From an uncultured Actinomycetota bacterium (GTDB taxonomy: Bacteria; Actinomycetota; Actinomycetes; Propionibacteriales; Nocardioidaceae): DNA of 64,000 nt. Positions 1-11,581 of this stretch are shown one piece after another; the stretch's first letter is position 1, and each line of letters begins with the position of its first letter. The notes beneath the pieces were generated by a model. That model was not told the DNA's origin. It was given only the letters and a program-made list of their open reading frames with translations, and made no database searches. The position numbers were made by a program, and so were the translations under genes. The DNA lies in assembly GCA_963784625.1 (NCBI GenBank), contig CAWARV010000003.1, positions 280,518 through 344,517 of the forward strand, in the 5' to 3' direction.

Positions 1-1164
1 GTCGAGCTGCCGCCGAGGGTGCTGGTGCCCATCGCGGCGCGGAAGTTCGCCAGGGACATGGGGCCGGTCGGGTACGTGTCGAAGTCCGAGCTGAGCAGCG
101 TGTCCGCCCTGGGCGTCGGGTCCGGCGTGGGCGTGGGCGTGGGCGTCCGGGGTGGGCGTGGGCGTGGGCGTCGGGTCCGGGGTGGGCGTGGGCGTGGGCG
201 TCGGGTCGGGGTGGGCGTGGGCGTGGGCGTGGGCGTGGGGATCGGATCGCGGCGTGGGGCGGTCGGCGTGGGGGTCGGCGTGGGCGTGACCGCCGGGGGA
301 GGGGTCGAGGCGAAGACCGGTGCGGGTGCGGGTGCGGGTGCGGGCTGCGGTGCGGGTGCGGGCTGCGGTGCGGGAGCGGGCTGGGCGCGGTGCCGGGGCG
401 GGCCTCGGGGCGGGCTGCGGCGCGGGCCTCGGAGCGGGCTGCGGTGCGGGCCTCGGAGCGGGCCTCGGCGCGGGCTGCGGGCTCGGCACGGGGGCCGGCG
501 GGCTCACCGGCTTCGGAGCAGCCGCGGCGGTGGGTGCCAGGGCCAGGGTCACGTCGTCCACGTCGACGAAGCCGCCCCGGGCGACCCGGGTCATGCGCAC
601 CACCAGTCGCAGCTTGGAGCCGCCGGCGGGGGCGACCAGCTCGGTGCGGACCGGGTGCCATCGGCGGTCCCGCAGGGTGAACGCGTGGTCCGCGGTCTCG
701 AAGTACCCGCGGGCGTTCCGGGCCCGCACCACGAACCGTCCGGTCGACCTGCCATGCGTGCTGCGCACCCAGGCGGTGGCGACGAAGTGGTCGCCGCGCG
801 AGATCGGGAAGGTCGAGTTGCTCGCCGCGTTGACCAGCCCGATGGGGCCGGTGCGCTTCGCGACGATCCGGGCGCCCTGGCTGGCGCCTCGACCGACCGA
901 GCCGACCGCGAGCCGGGTGGTGGCGCCCTTGGTCCATCCGGTGCGTCCGCTGCCGAAGGTCCCGTTGTCGAGAAGGTTGCCGTGGGACGGCGCGCGCACG
1001 GGAGCGACCGGGGTGGCCGTACCCGGGGCTGCGGCGGCCAGGGCGGGTGCCGGAGCCGGTCCTGCGACCACCAGGCCGACGCTGGCGACCGCCAGCGAGA
1101 CCAGGGTCGCCGCCCACGTGGTGGGGCGGGTCGCGCGTCGGCTGCTGGGCGTCCTCGTGCTCAT
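1..1164 (-). CDS. Secreted protein, N-terminal part: signal peptide, CBM4_9-like beta-sandwich, Pro/Thr-rich linker. It continues past the window edge, and the reading frame appears to change inside the linker.
   Basis: Hand translation from the ATG at 1164..1162 gives MSTRTPSSRRATRPTTWAATLVSLAVASVGLVVAG (signal-like), then NLLDNGTFGSGRTGW...FVDVDDVTL, which resembles a carbohydrate-binding module. PAPQ/PAPR and TPTP repeats follow at about 100-560. The natural-looking downstream text ADTLLSSDFDTYPTGPMSLANF is in a different frame. The gene is absent from the ORF track because it runs off the edge. Confidence 0.5.
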   Translation of the reverse strand, partial: MSTRTPSSRRATRPTTWAATLVSLAVASVGLVVAGPAPAPALAAAAPGTATPVAPVRAPSHGNLLDNGTFGSGRTGWTKGATTRLAVGSVGRGASQGARIVAKRTGPIGLVNAASNSTFPISRGDHFVATAWVRSTHGRSTGRFVVRARNARGYFETADHAFTLRDRRWHPVRTELVAPAGGSKLRLVVRMTRVARGGFVDVDDVTLALAPTAAAAPKPVSPPAPVPSPQPAPRPAPRPAPQPAPRPAPQPAPRPAPAPRPARSRTAARTRTAARTRTRTRTGLRLDPSPGGHAHADPHADRPTPRSDPHAHAHAHAHPDPTPTPTPTPDPTPTPTPTPDAHAHAHAGPDAQGGHAAQLGLRHVPDRPHVPGELPRRDGHQHPRRQLD

Positions 1165-1353
1165 GCTGCTGCTCCCCGGTCCTGCGTCGACATCCATGTC
1201 GAGAAGGAACTCGGTCGGAGGCCGGACGGCCTTGAGGAACATCAACCACTAAAACAGGTAAAATCCGACATTTAACTGTACACGTGGCCGAAACAGCGGT
1301 CAGTGGACCGCCGTACCCCGCCGGTCGGGCCTGCCACGGATGTGGTCGACGCC

Positions 1354-1978
1354 TCAGACCGGCAGGCCGCGCGCCCGGAGGTGGGCGCGCACCGGCGTCG
1401 CGGCGCCCCGGTAGTGCAGGGTGTCCAGCCCGGCCTGCGCGGCGGCTGCGACGTTCCGCGCGGAGTCGTCGACGAAGACGCTCCCGGCGAGGTCGCGGCC
1501 CATCCGGTGGCGCAGCACCTCGAAGACCGCGGGATCCGGCTTGGCCAGCCGCTCCACCCCGGACACCACGATGTCGCGGAAGAGGGCGAGGAAGTCGAAG
1601 CGCTCCCACGCCAGCGGGAACAGCTCGGCCGACCAGTTCGTGAGGGCGAAGAGCGGGACGCCGGCGGCGTGCAGGTCGCGCAGCACCTCGACGTTCTCCG
1701 CGATCTCCGCGATCAGGCTGCGACCGAAGTGGGCGCGGTAGGCGAGCGCGTGCCGGTGCCAGTGCGGGTGCTCCCGGGAGACCCAGCGCCTCCGCCTCCG
1801 CCCAGGGGCGACCGGCGTCCTGCGCGTGGTTCCAGGCCATGAAGTCGAAGTCCTCGGCCGCCAGGAACCGGGTGGCCTCCGCTTCGCCCACGCCCGCCGC
1901 CACCGCCGGGTGCGGGTCCCAGCGGATCAGCACGTTGCCGAGGTCGAACACCACCGCCTCGGCCGGCGGCGCGGTCAT
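1354..1978 (-). pseudogene. HAD-superfamily hydrolase, frame-disrupted as assembled (one extra base near 1786)
   Basis: The ORF 1354..1686 carries the C-terminal half (VFVDDSARNV motif). The N-terminal half, MTAPPAEAVVFDLGNVLIRWDP (DxG HAD motif I), reads in another frame from the ATG at 1978. Gene length is 625 nt, which is 3n+1. Confidence 0.6.
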
Positions 1979-2018
1979 CGGCGGCCGCTTCGCGCGCCCG
2001 TCGTACGACGGGCCACCG

Positions 2019-2100
2019 GGGTGCTGCACATGGAGAACTGCCGCTGCCCATGGAGAGTTCCCCATGGGCAGCGACAGTTCTCCTGCATCACCTGGTAAAC
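2019..2100. repeat. Structured intergenic repeat, copy A (MITE/REP-like hairpin element, degenerate left end)
   Basis: The stem is 22 bp: ggagaactgccgctgcccatgg (2032-2053) pairs with ccatgggcagcgacagttctcc (2062-2083) with 1 mismatch and an 8-nt loop. The right end, tcctgcatcacctggtaaac, is identical to the copy at 19201-19222. Confidence 0.6.
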
Positions 2101-2109
2101 GGCGACGGG

Positions 2110-3441
<1,332 letters not shown>

Positions 3442-3605
3442 GTCGGCTCCTCGCTCGTGAGCCCGGTGCCCGACGCGGGTGCGTCGTGGCCGGGAGGTCG
3501 GGTGGCAGCGCGGTCTGGCCCGTGGGTGTGGACCAGGCGTTGGTGCCTCGCAGTTACCCCGCTAACCTATGCCCGGAACTCCGGGGGCACGAATCCGGGC
3601 CCGTT

Positions 3606-3635
3606 TTGACCTCGGCGTCGCGCCGCGCGTAAACT
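3606..3635 (+). promoter_or_regulatory. Candidate housekeeping-sigma promoter for rplM-rpsI-glmM (TTGACC, 18-nt spacer, TAAACT)
   Basis: The hexamers were read directly from the sequence, about 150 nt upstream of rplM in a 340-nt divergent intergenic region. This rests on sequence pattern only. Confidence 0.3.
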
Positions 3636-3786
3636 CGACCGTCGCGGCTGCCTCCGTGCGGTCTCGAGCGTGTCCCGGTCAGCACCGGGGCCGATCTCGG
3701 ACCCGCCTCGCGGCGCCCGGCCCGTGTGAACGGGCCACTCCTGAGCAGACCGGTCTCGCCTTCGATCACCGAGAGAGTATGTGAAC

Positions 3787-4230
3787 GTGCGTACGTACAG
3801 CCCCAAGCCCGCGGACATCCAGCACGAGTGGCACGTCATCGACGCCACCGACGTGGTGCTCGGCCGACTCGCCGTCCAGATCGCCATCCTGCTGCGCGGC
3901 AAGCACAAGCCGACGTTCGCGCCGCACGTCGACGGCGGTGACTTCGTGGTGGTCATCAACGCCGGCAAGGTCTCTCTCTCCGGCGACAAGCCGACCAAGA
4001 AGATGGCGTACCGGCACTCCGGCTACCCGGGTGGGCTCTCGTCCACGCCGTACGGCGAGCTGCTGGCCAAGGACCCGCGTCAGGCCATCGAGCGCTCGGT
4101 CTGGGGGATGCTCCCCAAGAACCGGCTCGGTCGGCAGATGCTCAAGAAGCTCAAGGTGTACGCCGGTCCGGAGCACCCGCACCAGGCGCAGAAGGCTCAG
4201 CCCTTCGAGATCACGCAGGTCTCCCAGTAA
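3787..4230 (+). CDS. rplM: 50S ribosomal protein L13
   Basis: The ORF 3781..4230 reads [20 protein letters not shown]... The GTG at 3787 is preferred as the start because the gagagag RBS lies 8 nt upstream. The start at 3781 remains possible. Confidence 0.93.
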   Translation: MRTYSPKPADIQHEWHVIDATDVVLGRLAVQIAILLRGKHKPTFAPHVDGGDFVVVINAGKVSLSGDKPTKKMAYRHSGYPGGLSSTPYGELLAKDPRQAIERSVWGMLPKNRLGRQMLKKLKVYAGPEHPHQAQKAQPFEITQVSQ

Positions 4231-4287
4231 CTCCGCCAGCACCGCCGTACCGGCACACCGACGTACAACGAACCAGCGAGGAAACCC

Positions 4288-4803
4288 GTGACTGACACCA
4301 CCGTCTCTGAGGGGGCCGCCGAGGTCGAGGAGACCTACGAGGCCAACGAGCAGGGCGTCGCCTACAGCTCGGAGAGCGCGCCGTCCGCGGACGCCCCGGC
4401 CCGACCGGCCACCATCGCCCCGGCGAACGCCACCGGTCGCCGCAAGGAGGCCGTGGCCCGGGTGCGCCTGGTCCCCGGCACCGGCCAGTGGACGGTCAAC
4501 GGCCGCACGCTGGACAGCTACTTCCCGAACAAGCTGCACCAGCAGGTCGTGAACGAGCCCTTCGTGAACACCGACCTGGTGGGCCGCTTCGACGTGATCG
4601 CCCGGATCCACGGCGGTGGCATCACCGGTCAGGCCGGCGCGCTGCGTCTCGGGGTGGCCCGTGCGCTCAACGCCATCGACGTCGAGGCCAACCGCCCCTC
4701 GCTGAAGAAGGCCGGGCTGCTGACCCGCGACGCCCGCGTCATCGAGCGCAAGAAGGCCGGTCTGAAGAAGGCCCGCAAGGCTCCCCAGTACAGCAAGCGC
4801 TGA
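4288..4803 (+). CDS. rpsI: 30S ribosomal protein S9
   Basis: 171-aa ORF with the conserved C-terminus [19 protein letters not shown]...[18 protein letters not shown] and an acidic N-terminal extension typical of actinobacteria. Confidence 0.93.
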   Translation: MTDTTVSEGAAEVEETYEANEQGVAYSSESAPSADAPARPATIAPANATGRRKEAVARVRLVPGTGQWTVNGRTLDSYFPNKLHQQVVNEPFVNTDLVGRFDVIARIHGGGITGQAGALRLGVARALNAIDVEANRPSLKKAGLLTRDARVIERKKAGLKKARKAPQYSKR

Positions 4804-4816
4804 CCGAGACGCCCTG

Positions 4817-6176
4817 ATGGGTCGTCTCTTCGGCACGGACGGGGTCCGAGGACTCGCGAACTCCGAGGTCACGGCGGAGCTCGCGCTCGACCTGTCCGTC
4901 GCCGCAGCACACGTGCTCGCCGAGGCCGGTGCCTTCCATCCCACGGAAGGTCACCGGCCTCTGGCCGTGGTGGGCCGGGACACCCGGGTCTCCGGGCAGT
5001 TCCTGGAGGCCGCGGTGGTCGCCGGGCTGCTCTCCGCCGGGGTGGACGTGCACCTGCTCGGGGTGCTGCCGACCCCGGGGGTCGCCTACCTCACCGACGC
5101 CCTCGGTGCGGACCTGGGCGTGGTGCTCTCGGCCAGCCACAACCCGATGCCCGACAACGGCATCAAGTTCCTCTCCCGCGGCGGGGTCAAGCTCGACGAC
5201 CAGATCGAGGCTGCCATCGAGCAGCGGCTGCGGGAGCCGTGGACGCGTCCGACCGGTGCCAAGGTCGGCCGGGTCGCGCCGTACCAGGACGCCGTCCGCG
5301 ACTACGCCGCGCACCTGGTCTCCACGGTCGGCCGCTCGCTGTCCGGGCTCAAGGTCGTCCTCGACTGCGCGCACGGCGCCGCGTCGGTCGCCGGCCCGCT
5401 GGCGCTGCGGAACGCCGGTGCCGAGGTGGTGGCGATCTGCGCCGAGCCGGACGGCCTGAACATCAACGACGGCTGCGGCTCGACCCACCTCGACGTGCTC
5501 CGCCGGGCGGTGGTCGAGCACGGCGCCGACGCCGGCTTCGCCCTGGACGGCGACGCCGACCGGTGCCTGGCGGTGGACCACGAGGGTCGACGTCGTCGAC
5601 GGCGACCAGCTGCTGGCGGTGCTGGCGCTCGCGATGCGCGACGCCGGCACGCTGAAGGCCGACACGGTGGTCGCCACCGTGATGAGCAACCTCGGCTTCG
5701 TGCAGGCGATGCGCGCCGAGGGCGTCGGGGTCCGTCAGACCAAGGTCGGGGACCGCTACGTGCTCGAGGCCATGAAGGCCCACCAGTACACGCTGGGCGG
5801 CGAGCAGTCCGGTCACGTGATCATGAGCGACCACGCCACCACCGGGGACGGCATCCTCACCGCGCTGCACGTGTGCGCCCGGATGGCCGCGCAGGGCCGG
5901 TCCCTCGCCGAGCTCGCCGCGGTGATGACGCGGCTGCCGCAGGTGCTGGTCAACGTCCCGGACGTCGACAAGTCGCGCGCCGACGAGGACGCGGTGCTCG
6001 CCGCCGCGGTGGCCGAGGCCGAGTACGAGCTCGGCGACGGCGGCCGGGTGCTGCTGCGCCCCTCGGGCACCGAGCCGCTGGTGCGGGTGATGGTCGAGGC
6101 CGGCAGCGCGCAGCAGGCCGGCGAGGTGGCCCAGCGGCTCGCGGACGTCGTACGGCGCCAGCTCAGCCTGTCCTGA
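4817..6176 (+). pseudogene. glmM: Phosphoglucosamine mutase, frame-disrupted as assembled (+1 near 5590)
   Basis: ORF 4817.. reads [15 protein letters not shown]...[14 protein letters not shown]...[14 protein letters not shown] and then becomes Arg/Pro-rich nonsense. ORF 5619..6176 continues LALAMRDAG...GGEQSGHVI...[15 protein letters not shown] in another frame. Total length is 1360 nt, which is 3n+1. Confidence 0.9.
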
Positions 6177-6244
6177 GCCGGTGCGGCCGCCGCTGACCGG
6201 AAAACCGGCTGCGTGCCGCTGCCGCGCTCCCTAGGCTCCGGGAC

Positions 6245-7257
6245 ATGGACATCCGACCTCTCGACGCCGGCGACCCGAACGCGATGGCCGCCTGGCACGC
6301 GACGCACCTCGCCGCGACCACGTTCGAGAAGTCGCACGCCACCCCGATGCTGCTGGAGGAGGTCCGCGCGGAGTTCCTCGGCGAGCGGACCGGCGAGCGC
6401 GTCGAGCCGTTCTCGGGGTACGCCGACGGGCGGCTGGTGACCACCGGCGTGGTCGAGGTGCCGCTGCTGGACAACCTCGGCTGCGCGCGGCTGGAGGTCG
6501 CCACGCACCCGCAGGCGCGGCGACGCGGGCACGGCAGCGCGATGCTGGCCCACCTGACCGCGGTGGCGGTCGCCCACGGCCGGCACCTGCTGGACGCGGA
6601 GGCGTCGTGGGGCTACGACGAGTCGCCCGACGGCAGCCGGCACCCCCGGCGCCGACTTCCTCACCGGGCACGGGTTCGCGTTCTCCCTGGGCGACGTCAA
6701 GCGGGCCCTGGCACTGCCGGTCGACGACGAGGTGCTGGCCGCGCTGGAGGCGGACGCCGCCGCGGCTCACCCGGGCTACCGGCTGCGGCACTTCGCAGGC
6801 CCGGTGCCCGAGGACCTCCTCGACGGCTTCGGGGCGCTGGTGGGGTCCCTGGTGACCGAGGCGCCGACCGGGGAGCTGGACATCGAGCCGGAGGTCTTCG
6901 ACGCCACCCGGATCCGCTCCGACGAGAAGATCCTGGCGCGCCTCGGGGCGGGTCAAGTTCACCACGGTCGCCGTGGCACCGGACGGCGACGTGGTGGCCT
7001 ACTCCGAGCTGGTGGTGCCCGCGCACGACCCGGAGCGGGTCTACCAGTGGGGCACCCTGGTCCGGACCGACCACCGTGGTCACCGGCTGGGGATGGCCAC
7101 CAAGGCGCACAACCTGCGCCGGGTCCAGCGGCACGAGCCGGGTCGGACCGTGGTCTACACCTGGAACGCCGAGGTGAACCAGCACATGATCGCCGTCAAC
7201 GAGGCGCTGGGATTCCGCGCCGTCGGCCGGATGGGGGAGTTCCAGCGCCGCCTGTGA
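6245..7257 (+). pseudogene. Two-domain GNAT N-acetyltransferase, split over three frames (indels near 6640 and 6950)
   Basis: Three ORFs, 6245.., 6732.. and 6973..7257, each carry a consecutive natural-looking segment. The protein ends ...QWGTLVRTDHRGHRLGMATKAHNL...NQHMIAVNEALGFRAVGRMGEFQRRL. Confidence 0.75.
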
Positions 7258-7267
7258 GCGGTGCCGC

Positions 7268-8215
7268 TCACCGGTGCAGGCCGGCGATCCGGATCCCCCG
7301 GTCCAGGCGGGACCACACCACCCGCTGCACGACCAGGGTGGCCGTCCCGGACAGCACCAGGCCGGCGAGGTTCAGCAGCAGCTGTCCCAGGGCGCCGGGG
7401 ATCTCCGACCACACGCCCAGGCCCAGGCACAGCGCGAGCGTGCCGACGGCCGGGACGGTGGTGACCGAGATGAAGACCCCCACCAGCGGCCCGGACTTCG
7501 AGGTGGTCAGGGCCAGCACCCCGGCGACCCCGGCGAGGAGCGCGATCAGGAACGACCACACGTCGGGCTGCACGATGAAGTCGGTGCGCGGGCCGTGCGC
7601 CGCGTCCGCGGCCGAGGCCACGCCGGTGACGCCCGCCAGCACCCACAGCGGCGTCGCCACCGCGACCGCCACCCCGAAGCCGCCCGCGAGCGTCCGCAGG
7701 GCACCGGGCAGGATCGAGGGACGCGGCCGGGCGAGGGCCAGGCAGATCGCCGCCACCGGGGAGAACTCCGGCCCGACCACCATCGCGCCGATGATCAGGA
7801 TCGGCTGGTCCAGCAGCCGGCCCACGCCGGCGATCAGCGTCGCCAGCGTCAGGAACGACACGAACGCCCAGGAGAGCACGCTCTCGCTCCGGACCCGGTT
7901 CTCGACCACGTCCCAGACGACGCCGTCGTCGGGGGTCCCCGGCGCCGCCTCCTCGGCGGCGTCGGCGGCCGAGGACAGGATCGTGCCCGGCTCGGAGAGC
8001 ATGATCGAGCCGACCTCCTGCAGGTCCAGCGCCCGCAGTGCCGCGATCACCGGGTTCGCGCCCTCGCGTGCGACGTCGGCCATCACCAGGCTGCCCGGCG
8101 GCTTGGTGTAGCCGTCACGCAGCACCGCGACATTGGTGACGGTGTCGTCCTCGCTGAGCAGCCGCACCACCTCGTCGGTCAGGTCCGGGGGGACGCGCAG
8201 CTGGAGGTGGAGCAC
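7268..8215 (-). CDS. DUF389-family integral membrane protein
   Basis: This is the C-terminal 315 aa of ORF 7268..8464, starting at the GTG at 8215 (VLHLQLRVPPDLTDEVVRLL). It has a soluble N-domain followed by several hydrophobic helices. The upstream part of the ORF is Arg/Ser-rich and was discarded. Confidence 0.65.
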   Translation of the reverse strand: MLHLQLRVPPDLTDEVVRLLSEDDTVTNVAVLRDGYTKPPGSLVMADVAREGANPVIAALRALDLQEVGSIMLSEPGTILSSAADAAEEAAPGTPDDGVVWDVVENRVRSESVLSWAFVSFLTLATLIAGVGRLLDQPILIIGAMVVGPEFSPVAAICLALARPRPSILPGALRTLAGGFGVAVAVATPLWVLAGVTGVASAADAAHGPRTDFIVQPDVWSFLIALLAGVAGVLALTTSKSGPLVGVFISVTTVPAVGTLALCLGLGVWSEIPGALGQLLLNLAGLVLSGTATLVVQRVVWSRLDRGIRIAGLHR

Positions 8216-8300
8216 GCAGGAAGTGTGCCAGACAGGACGCCTGCGACGAGGCCCGTGAACCGGCGTGACGCGCCGCCCTCCGGGCCCTGCCGTCGCAGGC

Positions 8301-8686
8301 ATGGTGACAGCACCCCAGATCCGGCCCCTCGACCTCGACGACGACGAGCAGCTGCGCCGCTTCCACGCAGCCGGACCGCTACCTCGGCGTCGTACTGCTC
8401 GCGCTGCTCCGACCAGCTCCCCTTCGGACGCACCCACCGGCGGAGGTCCGAGCTCGGGGCACACCAGGCCGCATCAGCCCGGCACCCTGGTCCGGCGCGA
8501 CGACCCGGGGCCACCGGCTGGGCACGGCCGTCAAGATCGCCAACCTCCGAGTGCTCCAGCAGGCCCGGCCCGACGTCGTCGAGGTGCACCCAGAACGCGG
8601 AGACCAACACCGTGGACGGTGGCGACCAACGAGCGGCTGGGCTTCGAGCCGGTCGGGTGTGCCCGGACTTCCAGCGTCTCGGCTAG
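8301..8686 (+). pseudogene. Decayed remnant of a paralogous two-domain GNAT acetyltransferase
   Basis: The N-terminus MVTAPQIRPLDLDDDEQLRRFHAA parallels MDIRPLDAGDPNAMAAWHATHLAA of the 6245 gene. The C-terminal pieces GTLVRRD..GHRLGTAVKIANLRVLQQARPDVVEVH..QNAETNT..VATNERLGFEPVG..PDFQRLG are spread over three frames. About 240 codons of the middle are missing. Confidence 0.65.
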
Positions 8687-8687
8687 G

Positions 8688-9659
8688 TCAGAGCTTGCGC
8701 AGCCGCACCCAGCGCACCGAGTGGTCCGCGGACTTGCGCAGCACCAGCGTGGCTCGCCCCCGGGTGGGCTGCACGTTCTCCTTCAGGTTCGGGCCGTTCA
8801 CCGCGTCCCAGATCCGGTTCGCCTCCGCGACCGACTCCTCCTCGCTCAGGCTGCCGTAGCGGGCGAAGTAGGACGCGGGGTCGCGGAACGCGGTCTCGCG
8901 CAGCCGCAGGAACCGGTCGACGTACCACCGCCGGATGTCCGCGGTCGCCGCGTCGACGTACACGGAGAAGTCGAAGAAGTCGCTGATCGCCAGCCCGGTG
9001 CGACCGTCGTCGCGGACGCGGGCGGGGGCCAGCACGTTCAGACCCTCGATGATGACGATGTCGGGGCGCCTGACGACCACCGTCTCGCCGGGCACCACGT
9101 CGTAGACCAGGTGGGAGTACGTCGGCGCCTCCACCTCGTCCTTGCCGGACTTGATGTCCATCACGAAGCGCAGCAGCGCCTTGCGGTCGTAGGACTCCGG
9201 GAAGCCCTTGCGACCCATCAGCCCGCGCCGGTCCAGCTCGGCGTTGGGGTACAGGAAGCCGTCGGTGGTGACCAGCGCCACCGAGGGGTGCTCGGGCCAG
9301 TGCGCGAGCATCTGCTGCAGTACCCGGGCGGTGGTGGACTTGCCGACGGCCACCGACCCGGCCAGCCCGATCACGAACGGGGTGCGCGGCGGGTGCGGCT
9401 GGTCGAGGAACGCCTCCTGGGCGCGGTGCAGGTGTCCGGCGCTCTCGACGTACATGCTGAGCAGCCGCGACAGCGGCAGGTAGACCTGCCGGACCTCGTC
9501 GAGGTCGAGCTCGTCGCCGAGCCCGCGCACCCGGTCGATCTCCTCGGCGCTGAGCGGTTGCTGGGTCGCGGCCCCGAGCGCCGCCCACGCGTCGCGGTCG
9601 AGCTCGACGTACGGCCCGGACTCCCGGTCCCCGCCACTTCCGGAGCCACTGCCTGCCAT
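8688..9659 (-). CDS. coaA: Type I pantothenate kinase
   Basis: 323 aa from the ATG at 9659, inside ORF 8688..10427. It has the P-loop [18 protein letters not shown], and the text ...[10 protein letters not shown]...[10 protein letters not shown]... matches the family. Confidence 0.9.
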   Translation of the reverse strand: MAGSGSGSGGDRESGPYVELDRDAWAALGAATQQPLSAEEIDRVRGLGDELDLDEVRQVYLPLSRLLSMYVESAGHLHRAQEAFLDQPHPPRTPFVIGLAGSVAVGKSTTARVLQQMLAHWPEHPSVALVTTDGFLYPNAELDRRGLMGRKGFPESYDRKALLRFVMDIKSGKDEVEAPTYSHLVYDVVPGETVVVRRPDIVIIEGLNVLAPARVRDDGRTGLAISDFFDFSVYVDAATADIRRWYVDRFLRLRETAFRDPASYFARYGSLSEEESVAEANRIWDAVNGPNLKENVQPTRGRATLVLRKSADHSVRWVRLRKL

Positions 9660-9723
9660 GCGCCGCATTGTGGCAGGCGTGTGCCGGCGGGTGGGCGGGC
9701 GCACCGCCGGTAGAGTCACCGCC

Positions 9724-11568
9724 ATGTGCGGAATCGTCGGGTACGTCGGAGCGAGGCCCGCCGAGGGCGTGGTCGTCGAGGGTCTGCGGAGGCTGGAGTA
9801 CCGCGGGTACGACTCCGCCGGGATCGCCGTGGTGGACGACGGCAGCATCGCGCTGCGCAAGCGGTCCGGCAAGCTGGCGAACCTCGACAAGGTCCTCGCC
9901 GAGCACCCGCTGCCCAGGTCGGCCACCGGGATCGGGCACACCCGCTGGGCGACCCACGGCGCCCCGAACGACGGCAACGCGCACCCGCACCTCGGCAACG
10001 GGGGCCGGGTGGCGCTGGTGCACAACGGGATCATCGAGAACTTCGCCGCGCTGCGCGGGGAGCTCGAGCGGGCCGGGCACGAGCTGCTGTCCGAGACCGA
10101 CACCGAGGTCGCCGCCCACCTGGTGGAGGCGAGGCTGTCCGCGGGCGGCACGCTCACCGAGGCGATGCAGCACGTCTGCGGGCGGCTGCAGGGCGCGTTC
10201 ACCCTGGTCGCCGTCGACGGGCAGGACCCGGACCGGGTGGTGGCGGCCCGGCGGAACAGCCCGCTCGTGGTCGGTGTCGGCGAGGGGGAGAACTTCCTCG
10301 CCTCCGACGTGGCCGCCTTCATCGAGCACACCCGCGAGGCGCTGGAGCTCGGGCAGGACCAGGTGGTGACCATCACCCGCGACGGCGTCGAGGTGACCGA
10401 CTTCGCCGGCCGGCCCGCGCAGGCCAAGCCGTACCACGTCGACTGGGACCTGTCGGCCGCCGAGAAGGGCGGCTACGACTGGTTCATGCGCAAGGAGATC
10501 CACGAGCAGCCGGCCGCGATCACCGACTCGATGCTGGGCCGGCACGACACCGCGGGAGCCCTCCAGCTCGACGAGCTGCGGATCAGCGAGGACGAGCTGC
10601 GCGGTGTCGACAAGATCATCCTGATCGGCTGCGGCACCGCGTTCTACGCGGGGATGGTGGCCAAGTACGCGATCGAGCACTGGACCCGGATCCCCTGCGA
10701 GGTGGAGCTGTCGCACGAGTTCCGCTACCGGGACCCGATCCTCACCCGCGACACCCTGGTGGTCGCGATCAGCCAGTCGGGGGAGACCGCGGACACCCTG
10801 ATGGCCATCCGGCACGCGCGCGAGCAGCGCTCCAAGGTGCTGGCGATCTGCAACACGAACGGCTCGACGATCCCGCGCGAGTCCGACGCGGTGATCTACA
10901 CGCACGCGGGCCCGGAGATCGCGGTGGCCTCCACCAAGGGCTTCATGACCCAGCTCGTGGCCTGCTACCTGCTCGGCCTCTACCTGGCGCAGGTGCGCGG
11001 CACGAAGTACGGCGACGAGATCGCCCAGGTGGTGCGCGAGCTCGAGCAGATGCCCCAGCACGTGCAGACGCTGCTCGACCAGGCGGAGCGGATCCAGGCC
11101 CTGGCCACCGAGCTGTCCTCCGTGCGGTCGGTGCTGTTCCTGGGCCGGCACGCCGGCTACCCGATCGCCCTGGAAGGCGCGCTGAAGCTCAAGGAGCTCG
11201 CCTACATCCACGCCGAGGGGTTCGCGGCCGGAGAGCTCAAGCACGGTCCGATCGCGCTGGTCGAGGACCGGTTGCCGGTGTTCTGCGTGGTGCCTCCCCA
11301 GGGCCGGGACTTCCTGCACGACAAGATGGTCAGCGGCATCCAGGAGGTCCGGGCCCGGGGGGCGCGCACGATCGTGCTGGCCGAGGAGGGCGACGACGAC
11401 GTGACGCCGTACGCCGACGAGCTGATCCGGCTCCCGAGGGTGCCGACGCTGCTGCAGCCGATGGTGGCCGTGGTGCCGCTCCAGCTCTTCGCCTGCGAGC
11501 TCGCGACGCAGCTGGGCCACGACGTGGACCAGCCGCGCAACCTGGCCAAGTCGGTCACCGTCGAGTGA
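9724..11568 (+). CDS. glmS: Glutamine--fructose-6-phosphate aminotransferase (isomerizing)
   Basis: The catalytic N-terminus MCGIVGY starts at 9724, in frame with ORF 9658..11568. The protein has SIS domains and ends ...[11 protein letters not shown]. Confidence 0.95.
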   Translation: MCGIVGYVGARPAEGVVVEGLRRLEYRGYDSAGIAVVDDGSIALRKRSGKLANLDKVLAEHPLPRSATGIGHTRWATHGAPNDGNAHPHLGNGGRVALVHNGIIENFAALRGELERAGHELLSETDTEVAAHLVEARLSAGGTLTEAMQHVCGRLQGAFTLVAVDGQDPDRVVAARRNSPLVVGVGEGENFLASDVAAFIEHTREALELGQDQVVTITRDGVEVTDFAGRPAQAKPYHVDWDLSAAEKGGYDWFMRKEIHEQPAAITDSMLGRHDTAGALQLDELRISEDELRGVDKIILIGCGTAFYAGMVAKYAIEHWTRIPCEVELSHEFRYRDPILTRDTLVVAISQSGETADTLMAIRHAREQRSKVLAICNTNGSTIPRESDAVIYTHAGPEIAVASTKGFMTQLVACYLLGLYLAQVRGTKYGDEIAQVVRELEQMPQHVQTLLDQAERIQALATELSSVRSVLFLGRHAGYPIALEGALKLKELAYIHAEGFAAGELKHGPIALVEDRLPVFCVVPPQGRDFLHDKMVSGIQEVRARGARTIVLAEEGDDDVTPYADELIRLPRVPTLLQPMVAVVPLQLFACELATQLGHDVDQPRNLAKSVTVE

Positions 11569-11581
11569 CGAGGGGGTCCCG

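Noticed and set aside
19-1275. A 418-aa plus-strand ORF rich in GVGVG, GAGAG and Arg.
   Set aside because: It is a shadow of the real minus-strand gene. The repeat (ggcgtg)n is the complement of the Thr-Pro/Ala-Pro linker codons, and the composition is not protein-like.
9660-9723. A possible glmS ribozyme upstream of glmS.
   Set aside because: The spacer is only 64 nt and is shared with the divergent coaA start. The ribozyme is not known in actinobacteria.
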